Assembly: GCF_030028105.1 (NCBI RefSeq)
Contig: NC_092398.1
Coordinates: 16,372,182-16,436,181 of the forward strand
Source of the DNA: Mobula birostris
Taxonomy: Eukaryota
Direction of reading: 5' to 3'
Length of the DNA stretch: 64,000 nt
Shown: in pieces, positions 52,285-64,000 of the stretch
How the letters are laid out: each line of letters starts with the position of its first letter
Numbering within the stretch: the first letter of the stretch is position 1
Notes under the pieces: model-generated
What the model was told of the DNA's origin: nothing
Database searches by the model: none
Seen by the model: only the letters and a program-made list of their open reading frames with translations
Program-made: the position numbers and the translations under genes

Positions 52285-52953
52285 AGGAAATATGCCGGAG
52301 GAGAAGATGGTGGTGCAACGCAGCGCGCGCAGCTGTTCTGAATGATATCATATATGTTAAATAGGGGGCCGTGCACAATCCTGATTTGATGGAGACAGCC
52401 ATGAAAAGCACAGAGGAACACCTGGAGAAACTTCTGAAATGCCCACTTCACTGCCACTGCTACTGTGCAATCAAGAATCTCCAGAGGGGAAGGCCCCAAC
52501 TCCTTGGCTTTGCCTATTGCCTGTTGCCGGGGCTGGGGTCGAAGCACTCGGCAGAGATGGTGCTCGGTGCTCAGTGTCGGAGAGCTGGTCAGAGGCTCGG
52601 AGTTTTTGGACACACTCAGAGTCAGACTATGGTCGGATGCTTCCAGGATGTTGCATCGGCAAGTTTGCGGCGCTGGAGGTTCACCGTCTGCGTGAGATGA
52701 TGGGACTTTCAAGAGGCTTTGAGATTTTTTACCGTGCCCATGGTCTGTTCTTATCAAATTACGGTAATGCTTTGCACTGTTGTAACTATATGTTATAATT
52801 ATGTGGTTTTTGTTAGTTTTTCAGTTGGTTTGTCATGTGTTTCTGTGATATCATTCTGGAAAAACATTGTATTACTTCTTAATACATGCATTACTAAATA
52901 ACAATAAAAGAGGACTGTGTGTCCTCATAATCTAATAATTTAATAATCTAATC
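52285..52953 (+). mobile_element. Non-autonomous LINE-like element with (AATCT)n tail, inserted in a Penelope pLTR remnant (52070-52284)
   Basis: 3' 390 bp or so matches 3038-3428 in reverse orientation; GC-rich 5' end. Confidence 0.65.
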
Positions 52954-54256
52954 TCTTGTCTTTACCAAATTCTGAATTCAGAGCTGCAAAAAGTCTGGGA
53001 ACCCTCGTGAAGGATTCAGTAAAATTTGCTTGCAGCTTCAATTGGTGGTAAGGAAGACAAATGCCATGTTAGCATTCATTTCCAGAGGACTCGGATATAA
53101 AAGCAATGATATATTAAGATACTGCATGGTGGAAACCGAGATTAACTCATACAAAATGCTGGAAGATCTCAGCTGGATAGGAAGCATCTCTGGAAAGAAA
53201 TAAACATTCAATATTTCAGGCTGAAACTTCCTGCAGAAAAATATTACATCAGGAATGTCAGCTGAGGCTCTGTGAGGCACTGGTCAGACAGCATTTGGGG
53301 AACTGTGAGCAATTATGAGTCCCTTATGTAAGAAAGTATGGAATGTTGAACATAGAACAGCACATCACAGGAACAGGCCCTTTGTCCCACAATATTTTGT
53401 CGAACAAATGACAAATGACAAAGAAAATGTCTGCCTACATATTACCCATATCCTTCCATACATTCACGTACCTATTTAAACTCTCTGAAAAGACCCTAAT
53501 ATATCTGCCTTGACCATCACCATAGCATCCACCACACTCCGTATAAAAAAAACCTCATATCTCCATTGAAATGACCACCTTACATGATTGTCACTGGTAT
53601 TAGGCAATTCAACCCTGAGTAGATGTGATTTGTCTACTCTATCTATGTCCCTCACAATCTTATAAACCTAGCAGATCTCCCCACAGCCACTGTGTCTCCG
53701 AAGAAAACAACCAAATTCTGTCCAACTTCTCATTGTAGCACATGCCCTCTAATTCAGGCAACATTCAGAATCAGGTTGAATATCTCTGACATATATTGGG
53801 AAAATTGCCCTAAACCTCTTTTCTCACCTACTCCAAAGCCCCAACATTCTTCTAATAATGGGGCAACCAGAACTGTATGCAATACTTCAGATGAGGCAGA
53901 AGCAGATTTCTGTAAAGTTGAAACATAATAGTTAATACATTGTATTTACAGCAATTAAAGCTCTTCAGCAACAGCAAACATCTTCATCACTATTTGCTCT
54001 ATGTGTAAAGTTCTGTGTGAAAAGAAAACATCGCACAAGCTGACTGAAGTGAGAAGGCAAAATGTCTGTGTTGGATCAGTGAGCAGGAACGGCGACAACA
54101 GCATTGTACTCAACATAAACATTCACCTCCAAGAGTAAAACCTTCAAGACAAGCTTGCAGCGATCTAATATTGAATTATGAGTACAACTCTTCCACGGAA
54201 ACTGTACGTGGCTCTTAAAAGGGCTGGTGGGTTTGTCTTATCAGCACTCAGCCACT

Positions 54257-54628
54257 TCACTAGGAACTAGTATACATGGTCACTGCTTTTGTGCTTTCCG
54301 ACATTGTGTACTTGGACTGCTCCCTGGGTAGCAGCAGGCACATGGCACTCTGGATCTCCTAGAAGCTGATGGTCGACGGCTTGTTGTAATGGTTTAGTCG
54401 GGAAGCCTCACCCGTGATGCGCTCGAAAATGTCGTTCACCAATGAGCTCATGATGCGCGTGGCACTGGAGGAGATGCTGGTATCGGGGTGAACCTGCTTC
54501 TTCACCTTGTACCCATAGATGGAGTAAGTCTCCTTCCTCATCCTTTTGCACTCCGTGCCTCCCTTGCTTTGCACTTTGGACACAGTTTTCTTGGCGCCCT
54601 TCTTGGCCACTTTGGATAGCTCAGGCAT
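54257..54628 (-). pseudogene. Histone H2B type II pseudogene
   Basis: [18 protein letters not shown]...NKPSTISF* with premature stop at 54359; degenerate stem-loop at 54210-54225. Confidence 0.9.
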
Positions 54629-54809
54629 TTCTTAAATCAGTTTCAGACACTGAATGAAATGGAACTGGTTGCATCACCAATTTACTTGGCAGCTACATCC
54701 TTGCCCTGTAGTAACATGGAATTGGCAAAATAAGGTTCTCATTGGTAGATTTGGACAAATGAAAGCTAACATTTCAATATAACCCTTTGATTGGGCAACA
54801 TGAACATGC

Positions 54810-56500
54810 AAACCACAGCCAAGGATGACCAAAGTCAAAAAGGCTTAGCAATGATTCATTGGTAACACAAGGAGACATAAAGTTGGTTATCCAATATTGG
54901 AAACACTAGAAGAGTGTTGGGAGCACTTCATTCATAAGGTCTTCAGTTCTGGGTGGATGGGAAATGAATGGGTACAAAATATTGGCTTGTTTCATGTGAA
55001 ATATGATCCCAGTGTACCCGTTTCTGTCACTCCATGGTTTGACTGTGGTTGATTTAAGCCTTCAAGAAAATATCACGATGAAGAGTAGTTGTATGTCAAT
55101 AGCACAGGTGGTTCAGTGATATATGCAAAGCAGACATGATAGATTCTTACACTCTATGCAGATGGTTCGAAAGATACAGTGACAGGTCATTCAGATGTTT
55201 CCATTTTGTTACAAAGTTTCAGGTGACTATCAAAGAAGAGATTATCAGATAAAGTATCAGAATTCACATCAAAGATATTTGCTATTTTTTCAGCCTTGGA
55301 ATGGGTTAAAGTATGCCCCGATTCTGTACACCTGCGCTTTGATTCTTTTTCAGTTTAGTTAATTATGTGAAGTGTTGTATGACATTGGCGATCATAGTCG
55401 TTCCATGATCATGACCGCTCTTACCAAATTTTTCTACAGAAGTAGCTTGCAGTTGCCTTCTTCTGCTCAATGTCTATACACGTTTCAGGTTTGCCATCTA
55501 TTAAAGCAGGTATATTGAACTATAGCCCAATATTTCTGATTAGGATTGGACAGCAGTCATTGAGGTTACAGGATCTAGGCTTGTGTATACAAATAAAGTG
55601 GTAGATGTTCTAGCCAACCAATCATTTAAACTTCAGGATATCAAAGTGGAGTGTTGACGTGTGGCCAAGTGGTTAAGACGTTCATCTAGTGATTGTACGT
55701 CGCTAGTTCGAGCCTTGGCTGAGGCTGTGTGTGTCCTTGAGCAAGGCCTTAACCACACATTGCTGTGTGATGACACCGGTGCTAAGCTGTATGGGTCCTA
55801 ATACCCTTCCCTTGGACAACATCGGTGGCATGGAGAGGGGAGACTTGCAGCATGGGCAACTGCCGGACTTCCATACAACCTTGCCCAGGAAACCTTCCAA
55901 AGGTGCAAATCCAATGTCTCATCAGAGTGTCGGAGGCCTACATCAAAGTGGTGTTGCTTTTGGAAATATGGGAGATAAAAAGGTCAATTCGATCATTGTG
56001 GCAACAAAGTTTGGATAAGGAAAGGATAGTGAGAACTGGGAGATGTGTATAAAAGCAGAAAACAATTTATAGTTGTATATTGGACATACAAGGTGGAATA
56101 ATTCCTTGTTTTCAATTAATATGTATGATATGGGCAATTGTATGGACAGCATATTATGGGTATTTGTATAGAGAGAACTTGTCAAGAAATGGTGCAACAT
56201 GTATTTTTTCAATGTAGTTCCTATGAGATGGAAAGGAAGCATCTAATTGCTAAATGGACATCTTTGGGACAGAAACAATTTAACATTTAAGCTTGTTAGG
56301 ATATCACTGTCATTGTAATAAATAAAAGTCTATATCTGACGTTCTGAAAAGCAATAGAAGTTTTCATAGTATTTGAGGTTAACTTTTTGGAAGGAGAATT
56401 CAGTGGGTATAGTCTCTGTCTCTTTAATCCACAATCCAACTCAGTAGATGGTGGTATTGTACCTTGTGTTACTCTGCCAACCACCAATCAACCTTACAAA
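54810..56500 (+). mobile_element. I/Nimb-like LINE fragment, third paralog
   Basis: LYADGSKD near 55152-55175; collinear with 21650-23040. Confidence 0.7.
55650..55941 (+). mobile_element. tRNA-derived SINE, unit-specific
   Basis: A box TGGCCAAGTGG, B box GTTCGAGCC; 10-bp TSD atcaaagtgg at 55640-55649 and 55942-55951; empty sites at about 22468 and 42586. Confidence 0.88.
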
Positions 56501-56826
56501 AGAAATTAGAAGGGCTTTTTTCCTTAAGGTACTCTCAAAGTAGTTTGATTGTAATGTTCTTAAGAGGTGACAAACATATATTGATGAGGGTAGTTTGTGA
56601 GTTTGACTCTACAATTACAGGGGGAAAAATTCAAGCTAGATCTATATGTATTACAGTGGAGTAAATGGAATAACAGAGGCACAAGAGAGGACCTGATCAA
56701 AGTCAAATGAAAGGTGGCACGAGCGGGGATGACAGCAGTATAGCAATCACTGGAGTTTAGAGCAGCAATTTGGAAGGCACAAAATAGTTATATCACAAAG
56801 TTGGAAAAATGAGCTTCTCCCTCAGT

Positions 56827-57080
56827 CCTGACGAAGTGTCTCGGCCCGAAACATCGACTGTACCTTTTCCAACAGATGCTGCCTGGCCTGCTGCATTCAC
56901 CAGCATTTTTTATGGGTCACCATAAAAAATGCTGGTGAGCGCAGCAGGCCAGGTAGCATCTATAGTAAGAGGTATAGTCAACATTTGCCTGGCCTGCTGC
57001 ACTCACCAGCATTTTTTGTATGTGTTGCTTGAATTCCCAGCACCTGCAGATTTCCTCGTGTTTGATTTTTTATGTGTGTT
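56827..57080. mobile_element. Penelope pLTR-derived rearranged/hairpin insertion with hammerhead motif
   Basis: cagtc-CTGACGA-agtgtctcggccc-GAAACatc-gactg at 56823-56860; TSD gctt(c/t)tccctcagt at 56813-56826 and 57081-57094; empty site near 62013. Confidence 0.75.
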
Positions 57081-58399
57081 GCTTTTCCCTCAGTGTTTAC
57101 TTTTCACCATAGATGCTGTCTGGCCTGCTGAGTTCCTCCAGCATTTTGTGTGTGTTGCAAGCATGTAAAGAAGATTGGTTGATTTCAATCAACAGAGTAG
57201 GAATAAAAGAGGCCTTTCATGGTTGCCTGAGCCTCTAAATAGCTGCTAGGAAAATTATTAACATTTCCCTTGAACAGGAATTTTTCCAGGTGCCTTCAAA
57301 ACTGTGGCTGTAAAACCCCTACTTACTAACTACAGGCATAGATCAAAACTTCCCTTCCTGGGCAAGGTTTTTGAGAAAGATATATTCAAACAACAGAAAT
57401 TTCTGACTTAGCCCATTACATTGATACCAACAGTTGGAATCAATCCATAATTATCCCTTCCACCAGTACTTGTCCTGTAACCTGGGTAATGCAAGTGATT
57501 GACAAGACATTCCTAAAATACCATTAGGCACTCTGCTTTCACCACTCTCTCTGGTAGAGTGTTCCAGTTACTCACCTTCAACTTACCCCCCATGTCCTGC
57601 AGGTCTATCTACTCCTGATATGGGGGAAGCTCTCTGCAACCTACCCAACCTCAACCCCTGATAATTTTCTACACCTAAATCATTTCCCCTCTTAAGCAGG
57701 GATCAGAGCTGGGTCAGTGTATGTTTGTCATCTACATCAATGATCTGAATGATAATGCTTTAACATCAAACAACAAGTTTGCCGATGGTAGCAAGTTTGG
57801 GATGTAGTGGACAACAAGGAAGCTATTGAAGCTTGCAGTATGATCTGGGAATTATTGCGTGAATGTGGAGTCACAGGTAGCGAGCCCACAGAGAGAACTC
57901 TAGGCACATTGGCCTTCATAAATCAAAACATTCAGTACAGAATTTGGGATGGGTTAATGAAAGAAAATTATGGGAGTAAGTACATTTTTTGCCAGGAAAA
58001 TATGCAATTAAGCACGTTCTCTAAACGTTCACAGACAACAAAATATTATCCGCTGAAGAAGCTGAAAGATTAAAAGCTATCTCAGTTGCTGGCCCGAGCT
58101 GTGTTTTACCTGAATTCCAGGACTCCGGTCTCTGTGTTTGCTCTTTTTCCAGAATATCATTGATTAATTTTTGGAGAAATGAGTACAAATCTTAAGAAGT
58201 TTTATATCTGTTATTCAGGGTGTTCGGTAGTAATGATACAGACTAACTTTCAATATGGAAACAGGGTGAAAATAAAATTGATCCCAAACATCTCTCCGGG
58301 GAACATACACACACAGCAGAAATCTTCCTCAGCTCCGGCAGTGCTTTAGAAAACCATCTCGCACATCACAACTCCACTTGCTTAGAAAAATATAAGCAC

Positions 58400-59417
58400 A
58401 CTTTTTTAGATATTTACAAATTAGAGACTTCTTGCATTCTCAACTTCATACACCTCCTAAATGTCCAGATAAGAATTTAATTGATACAATTTTTACTTTG
58501 AAACCAATTCATAATGGATCTATCTCTAATATAGTCTGTTGTTGGCAATGAGAAATATTCCATTAGACAAAATTAAAATCCTCTGGGAACAAGACCTACG
58601 GATTTCAATTGATGAGGATACTTGGAATGGAATTTTTAAACTTGTTCACACCTCTTTGTTATGTGTGCATCACTCACTTTTACAATTTAAGGTGGTTCAT
58701 ATAGCCTATATGACTGAAGATAAGCTCTCTCATTTTTACTCAGATTTTTCTCCATACTGTAATAGATGTAATGTCAAAGAGACCTCTCTAATTCATATGT
58801 TTTGGTCTTGTCTGCGGTTTGACAAATTTTGGAAAGAAGTATTTCAAACTTTCTTGGAGCTTTTTAAAGTAAACTTTAAACCGCTCTGTTGGAGGAAATG
58901 ATTTTACTCTTAAGCAGAATGATTTGCATATTTCGGCTTTTATTTCTCTTGCAGCCAGAAGAGCTTTGTTGCTTAAGTGGAAAGATGCCGCACCATCTAC
59001 TCATACCCATTGGTTGATTGATGTTATGTCATGTTTAAATCTAGAGAAGATTAGGTGTTCTATTTCTATACCTAGACAAGATTTTGTCACATTATGGAGA
59101 CGTTTTTGGAACTACTTTCACAACTTTTGATTTGTTTAGCAATGATGATGGCTATTATATGTTTGAATTTACGATTATATGTCAGAGATTTTTTTCTTTT
59201 AACCAAACAGCTGTTTTTTTTCTCTCTTTTTTTGTTTTGTTACGGGTTTTGATTTTGTTTTAGATTAGAATAAAATACACCTTTTCAATATTATGGTTAA
59301 TTTACCATACATAGTTATGGGGCATTTCAATCTTGTTTCTGTTTCCATAATATCATAATGTATTTTGTATTTGTCTATGCAAGTAATTAATTAAAACATT
59401 GAAGAAAAAAAGAAAGA
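58400..59417 (+). mobile_element. 5'-truncated L1 LINE (ORF2 C-terminus, 3' UTR, A-rich tail), unit-specific
   Basis: LLQFKVVHIAY...CNRC...SLIHMFWSC CCHC motif; ARRALLLKWK; absent from paralogous site near 34215. Confidence 0.85.
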
Positions 59418-59553
59418 AGATAAATTAGTATGGTTTTCGTGTTTCTGTGAAAAGAGCTTGTTCAGAAATCTTTCGCAGAGACAAAAAAAACCCGAGTCCT
59501 TTCCTCCGCACTCATGGTATCCGCAGGACAGCCCCTTCACAGACACTGTGAGT

Positions 59554-59569
59554 GGCTCTGAAAAGAGCC
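59554..59569 (-). terminator. Histone 3' stem-loop of H2A pseudogene D
   Basis: Minus GGCTCTTTTCAGAGCCactca, perfect. Confidence 0.92.
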
Positions 59570-59600
59570 TTTGGGTAGCTGGGATTCATATTCTGTCTCT

Positions 59601-59901
59601 TCACTTACTGGCTCCGCCGTTTTTTGGGGTGCGGCCGAGTTATTGGCTAATACTCCACCCTGGACGATCGTCACCCCTCCATAGGATGCGGACCTTCTTG
59701 TCCCTGGCCGTGTCGGCAGCCAGTTCAAGAATTTCAGCCGTCAGATCCTCGAGCACAGAACCCAGAAAGACCGAGGCTCCGGACCCACTTGCTCAGCATA
59801 GTTGCCCTTTCTCAAGAGCCTATTAACACGGCCCAAAAGGAACTGGGCCAGGAGCGAGCTTTCCTGCCGCTTTTACTCTTTTTTTTACTCTCTTTATTCA
59901 T
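59601..59901 (-). pseudogene. Histone H2A pseudogene D
   Basis: H2A-like pieces ([18 protein letters not shown]) with the same two deletions as copy B plus further indels. Confidence 0.9.
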
Positions 59902-60465
59902 TTTCAACAAGCTCAGCAAAACCCAAAGAATGAGGAAATGCTTCTGGTCCTCGGCCTTCTTGAATGTCCTGTGGCCATGCAATTTGACATTCAGGATTGC
60001 TACAACAACGATTAAGGTCATTGAAGAACAAATAAACCAACGAGAGAGCCGACCTATTTACCAATTAAAAGCGCGGAAGTAAGCTCTGATCCGCCGAAAA
60101 TAAACCGAAATTTGAAAACAGCCCGCCAAAAATCCTTCGTTCCAACCGAATCTAAAATCAAATCATTACGGATCTGCTTGTGCAATAATTTTCCGCATTA
60201 ACCGATTACTGAAGCTAATTATGCAGAACGGTCTGGGTATTTCACTTAACGATATCTCTACTCAGAGAGAAAAAAATGTTTTCTCATTTGCTTTCCCTGA
60301 TCATTGTGTGAAAGGCATCGTGTTACAACCGAGTTGCTCTTTTCAAAATACGGCTGGAGTTTAGCCTGGAATTTTGACAAATTATTGTGACTGTACCGTC
60401 TGGCATTGAAATTTAATTCAAAGAATATGACGAAAAACTGCAGCTCTGTTCATGAAACAGTGAGT

Positions 60466-60481
60466 GGCTCTTAAAAGAGCC
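60466..60481 (-). terminator. Histone 3' stem-loop of H2B copy 4
   Basis: Minus GGCTCTTTTAAGAGCCactca, then aacagagctg. Confidence 0.95.
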
Positions 60482-60513
60482 TTTGGGTTTTCGGCTTGTT
60501 TTGGCAGCACTCT

Positions 60514-60885
60514 TCACTTGGAGCTGGTGTACTTGGTCACTGCCTTTGTCCCTTCCGATACGGCGTGTTTGGCCAGCTCCCCGGGCAGCAGCAGGCGCAC
60601 GGCGGTCTGGATCTCCCGGGAGCTGATGGTGGATCGCTTGTTGTAATGGGCTAGGCGGGAAGCCTCGCCAGCGATGCGCTCGAAAATGTCGTTCACGAAC
60701 GAATTCATGATGCCCATGGCCTTGGATGAGATGCCGGTGTCTGGGTGAACCTGCTTCATCACTTTGTAGATATAGATGGAGTAACTCTCCTTCCTCACCC
60801 TCCTGCGCTTCTTGCCAGCCTTGCCTGTTGGTTTCGGCAGCGCTTTCTTAGCGCCCTTCTTGGGAGCAGGCTTCTGATCGGGCAT
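60514..60885 (-). CDS. H2B: Histone H2B copy 4 (123 aa)
   Basis: Intact [10 protein letters not shown]...KPTGKAGKK...KYTSSK. Confidence 0.97.
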   Translation of the reverse strand: MPDQKPAPKKGAKKALPKPTGKAGKKRRRVRKESYSIYIYKVMKQVHPDTGISSKAMGIMNSFVNDIFERIAGEASRLAHYNKRSTISSREIQTAVRLLLPGELAKHAVSEGTKAVTKYTSSK

Positions 60886-62994
60886 TCCTCTTCTCCAATT
60901 CAGACTCAAATAAGCAGTATTTCCGTCGGAGCGCCTCTTAAATAGGAAACGCTGACGACTGTATGCTAATCAAGGAATAGATTTTCAAAGAATGTTCATT
61001 GGCTACATTGGGAGACGAATCACCATCGAAATTATTACTACAACTCCTATATTTGGCTATCAGAGGTTACAAAAACAGTCGCACTCTCCACCAATCAGAA
61101 GCCTCTCCCAGTCTGCGGACCGGGAAGCTTGCCGCCAGTGACAGTTCTACGTGGCGTTTATTACGACAGCAGGGATAGGAGGGTAGAGAGAAAAGTTGTG
61201 GCTGACATTAAACATAGGAAAACGTAAAATGGAATTGCAGAAGAAATAAACTCACATTCGGATAAAAAGTTCAAAGTTAATTTATTATCAATATAAATAT
61301 ATGTCACCATCAAGAAGCATGATTCATTTTCTTGCGGGCAAAATAACCATTCCTGTCTTGATCGCTGACTGAGAAGACAGCATGTCCTCCTGGGTAGTAT
61401 TATACTAATAAAAAATTAGTTTGGCGGTCTCTGTTGTGGAGTCTAGACCTCTTCTGGAGTCGTATAAAACTCTAGTCGGGCCTCCTCTGGCGTGCTGTTC
61501 AAAAATCTAGTTCAGCTTTTTCAAAGTTTGAAGTTCGAAGCACATTTTACTATCAAGGTATGCATAAATTATTCAATCTTGGGGTTTGTCTGCTTACAGG
61601 CAACCACAGTATCCAATATTAAAAAAAATCAACACCCAATCTACAGAGAGATAAATAAAACAAATCAATTCGTGAAAACAATAAAGCAAATATCAGCATT
61701 CAGAATGAAATTGAGTCCATAAACCTTGAGGCCAAAGAGGATTAGAGTATAAAAGTCCAGTTCAGCCTCCTCTGGAAAACTACATCTAGTCTGGTTGTTG
61801 CATTATAGGAAATAATTGAAGACTTTGGAGAGGATTCAGAATAGATTTAGACAATAAGAACAGAAATAGGTCATTCGGTCCATCGATTTTGCTCCGTCAT
61901 TCCATCATATCTGAGTTAATATCCCTGTCAATCACGTTTTTCAGCATTCTCTCTGTAACCTTTTGTCTCCTTGACTAATCAAAAACCTATATCGCAAAGC
62001 TGGAAAAACAAGCTTTTCCCTCAGTGTTTACTCTTCCCTGTCTGGCCTGCTGAGTTCCTCCAGCATTTTGTGTGTGTTGCAAGCATGTGAAGAAGATTGG
62101 TTGATAGGCAATGAGCAGAGTAGGAATAAAGGAGGCCTTTTATGGTTGCCCGATCCTCTTAATAGCTGCTAGGAAAATTATTAACACTTCCCTTAAACAG
62201 GAATTTTTCCAGGTGTCCTCAAATCTGTGGCTGTAAAACCCCTACTAACTACAGGCATAGATCAAAACTTCCCTTCCTGGGCAAGTTTCTTGAGAAAGAT
62301 ATATTTAAACAGCACAACTTTTTGAATGAGCCCATTACATCAATACCAATCAGTTAGAATCCATCCATATTTATCCCTTCTACCAGCACTTGTCCTGTAA
62401 CCTGGGTAATTGAAGTGATTGACAAGACATTTCTAAAATACCATTAGGCACTCTGCTTTCACCACTTTCTCTGGTAGAGTGTTCCAGTTACTCACCCTCA
62501 ACTTACACCCCCCACCACCATGTCCTGCAGGTCTATCTACTTCTGATATGGGGGAAAGTTCTCTGCAACCTACCCGATCTCAACCCCTGATAATTTTCTA
62601 CACCTAAATTATCTCCCCTCTTCAGCATGGATCAGGGCTGGGTCAGTGTATGTTTGCCATCTACATCAAATATTGTCTGGATGATAATACTTTAACACGG
62701 AACAACGAATTTGCTGATAGCAGCAAGATTGGGGATGTAGTGGACAATGAGGAAGCTATTGAAGCTTGCAGTGTGTTTTGGGAATTATTGCGTGAATGTG
62801 GAGTCGCAGGTAGCGAGCCCACAGGGAGAGTTCTAAGCACATTGGCCTTCATAAATAAAAACATTGGGTACAGAAGTTGGGATGGGGTCATGAAAGGAGA
62901 TTATGAGAGTAAATACATTTTTGCCAGGAAAATATACAATTAATCATGCTCTCCAAATGCTCACAGACGGCAAAATATTGCAGACACTGTGAGT

Positions 62995-63010
62995 GGCTCT
63001 AAAAAGAGCC
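62995..63010 (-). terminator. Histone 3' stem-loop of H2A pseudogene E (downstream HDE deleted)
   Basis: Minus GGCTCTTTTTAGAGCCactca. Confidence 0.85.
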
Positions 63011-63041
63011 TTTGGATAGCTGGGTTTCATATTCTGCCTCT

Positions 63042-63296
63042 TCACTTACTGGCTCCGCCGTTTTTCTTGGTGCGGCCTCGTTATTGGGTGATCGTCACCT
63101 CTCCATATGATGAGGGCCTTCTTGTTGTCCCTAGCCGCGTTGCCAACCAGTTCAAGAATTTCAGCCGTCAGATACTGGAACACAGAGCCCAGAAAGACCG
63201 AGGCTCCGGCACCCACTCACTCAGCATAGTTGCCCTTTCTCAAGAGGAAATGGGCCGGGTACGAGCTTTCCTGCTGGTTTTACTCTGTCCACTCTT
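63042..63296 (-). pseudogene. Histone H2A pseudogene E
   Basis: [19 protein letters not shown] recognisable; ATG lost; shared deletions plus additional ones. Confidence 0.9.
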
Positions 63297-63890
63297 TTGA
63301 ACAAGCTCAGCAACACCCAGAGAATGAGAAGATTCTTCCGGCCCTCGGCTTCTTTGTATACCCTGTGGGGATGCAATCAGACAATCAGGATTGGTGCGGA
63401 AACGCTTAAGCTCAATGGAGAACAAATAAACCAGCGAGAGAGCCGATTTATTCACTCATCAAAATCAAAAGCGCGGAAGTAACTTCTTACCCGCCGAAAA
63501 TAAACTGAAACATGAAAACAGCCCGCCAAAAATCCTTTCTTCAAACCGAATCTAAAATAATCATTACAGATCTGCTTGTGGAATAATTCCCCGCATTAAC
63601 CCATTACTGAAGTCCGCCACATCTAATGTTTGCGTAGCTAATATTGCATGAGTGTTTGGGTATTTCATTTAACGATATGTCCACTCTGAGAAAAAAAAAT
63701 CGTTTTTCAGTTGCTGTCCCCGGTCATTGAGTAAACTGCATGATGTTACGACGAGTTGCTCTTCGCAAACTACGGCTGGAGTTTAGCCTGCAATTTTGAA
63801 AAAAAAAATGGTGAAAATACCGCCTGGCATTGAAATTGAATTAAAAGAATATGACGAAAAAATTGCAGCTCTGTTAACGAAATAGTGAGT

Positions 63891-63906
63891 GGCTCTTAAA
63901 AGAGCC
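63891..63906 (-). terminator. Histone 3' stem-loop of H2B copy 5
   Basis: Minus GGCTCTTTTAAGAGCCactca. Confidence 0.95.
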
Positions 63907-63938
63907 TTTGGGTTTTCGGTTTGTTTTGGCAGCACTCT

Positions 63939-64000
63939 TCACTTGGAGCTGGTGTACTTGGTCACTGCCTTTGTCCCCTCCGACACGGCGTGCTTGGCCA
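63939..64000 (-). CDS. H2B: Histone H2B copy 5, 3' end (runs off the window)
   Basis: [19 protein letters not shown] with the same 3' UTR as copies 1-4. Confidence 0.85.
   Translation of the reverse strand, partial: AKHAVSEGTKAVTKYTSSK

Noticed and set aside
52254-52798. Several overlapping 76-167 aa ORFs
   Set aside because: GC-rich non-autonomous repeat; no domain similarity recognised
55650-55725. tRNA-like sequences here and at 17975-18035
   Set aside because: They are SINE heads with TSDs and non-tRNA bodies; no complete cloverleaf or Pol III terminator

Overview
Vertebrate genomic DNA. The repeat content (CR1, L2, Penelope, Nimb) and gene types suggest a cartilaginous fish, probably a ray; this is inference. 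The left third (1-20 kb) holds a minus-strand tandem C2H2 zinc-finger gene (13 in-frame fingers, no KRAB seen) in a dense mosaic of CR1/L2 LINEs, a solo LTR, an internally deleted Gypsy element, a deleted Tigger transposon and Penelope-like elements. The right two thirds (20-64 kb) are a tandemly duplicated replication-dependent histone cluster containing only H2A and H2B sequences. It has four complete intact H2B genes plus a fifth cut by the window edge. Each is followed head-to-tail by an H2A pseudogene that keeps its E2F/ETS promoter module and usually its 3' stem-loop. There are also three dead copies of a second H2B type and one more H2A fragment. Notable extras are a degenerate foamy/loki-like endogenous retrovirus with a tRNA-Asn PBS (47.2-52 kb), six hairpin-shaped Penelope-derived insertions with hammerhead ribozyme motifs and 13-16 bp TSDs, and a minisatellite born from a CR1 coding segment. 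All calls are by eye, with no database searches.
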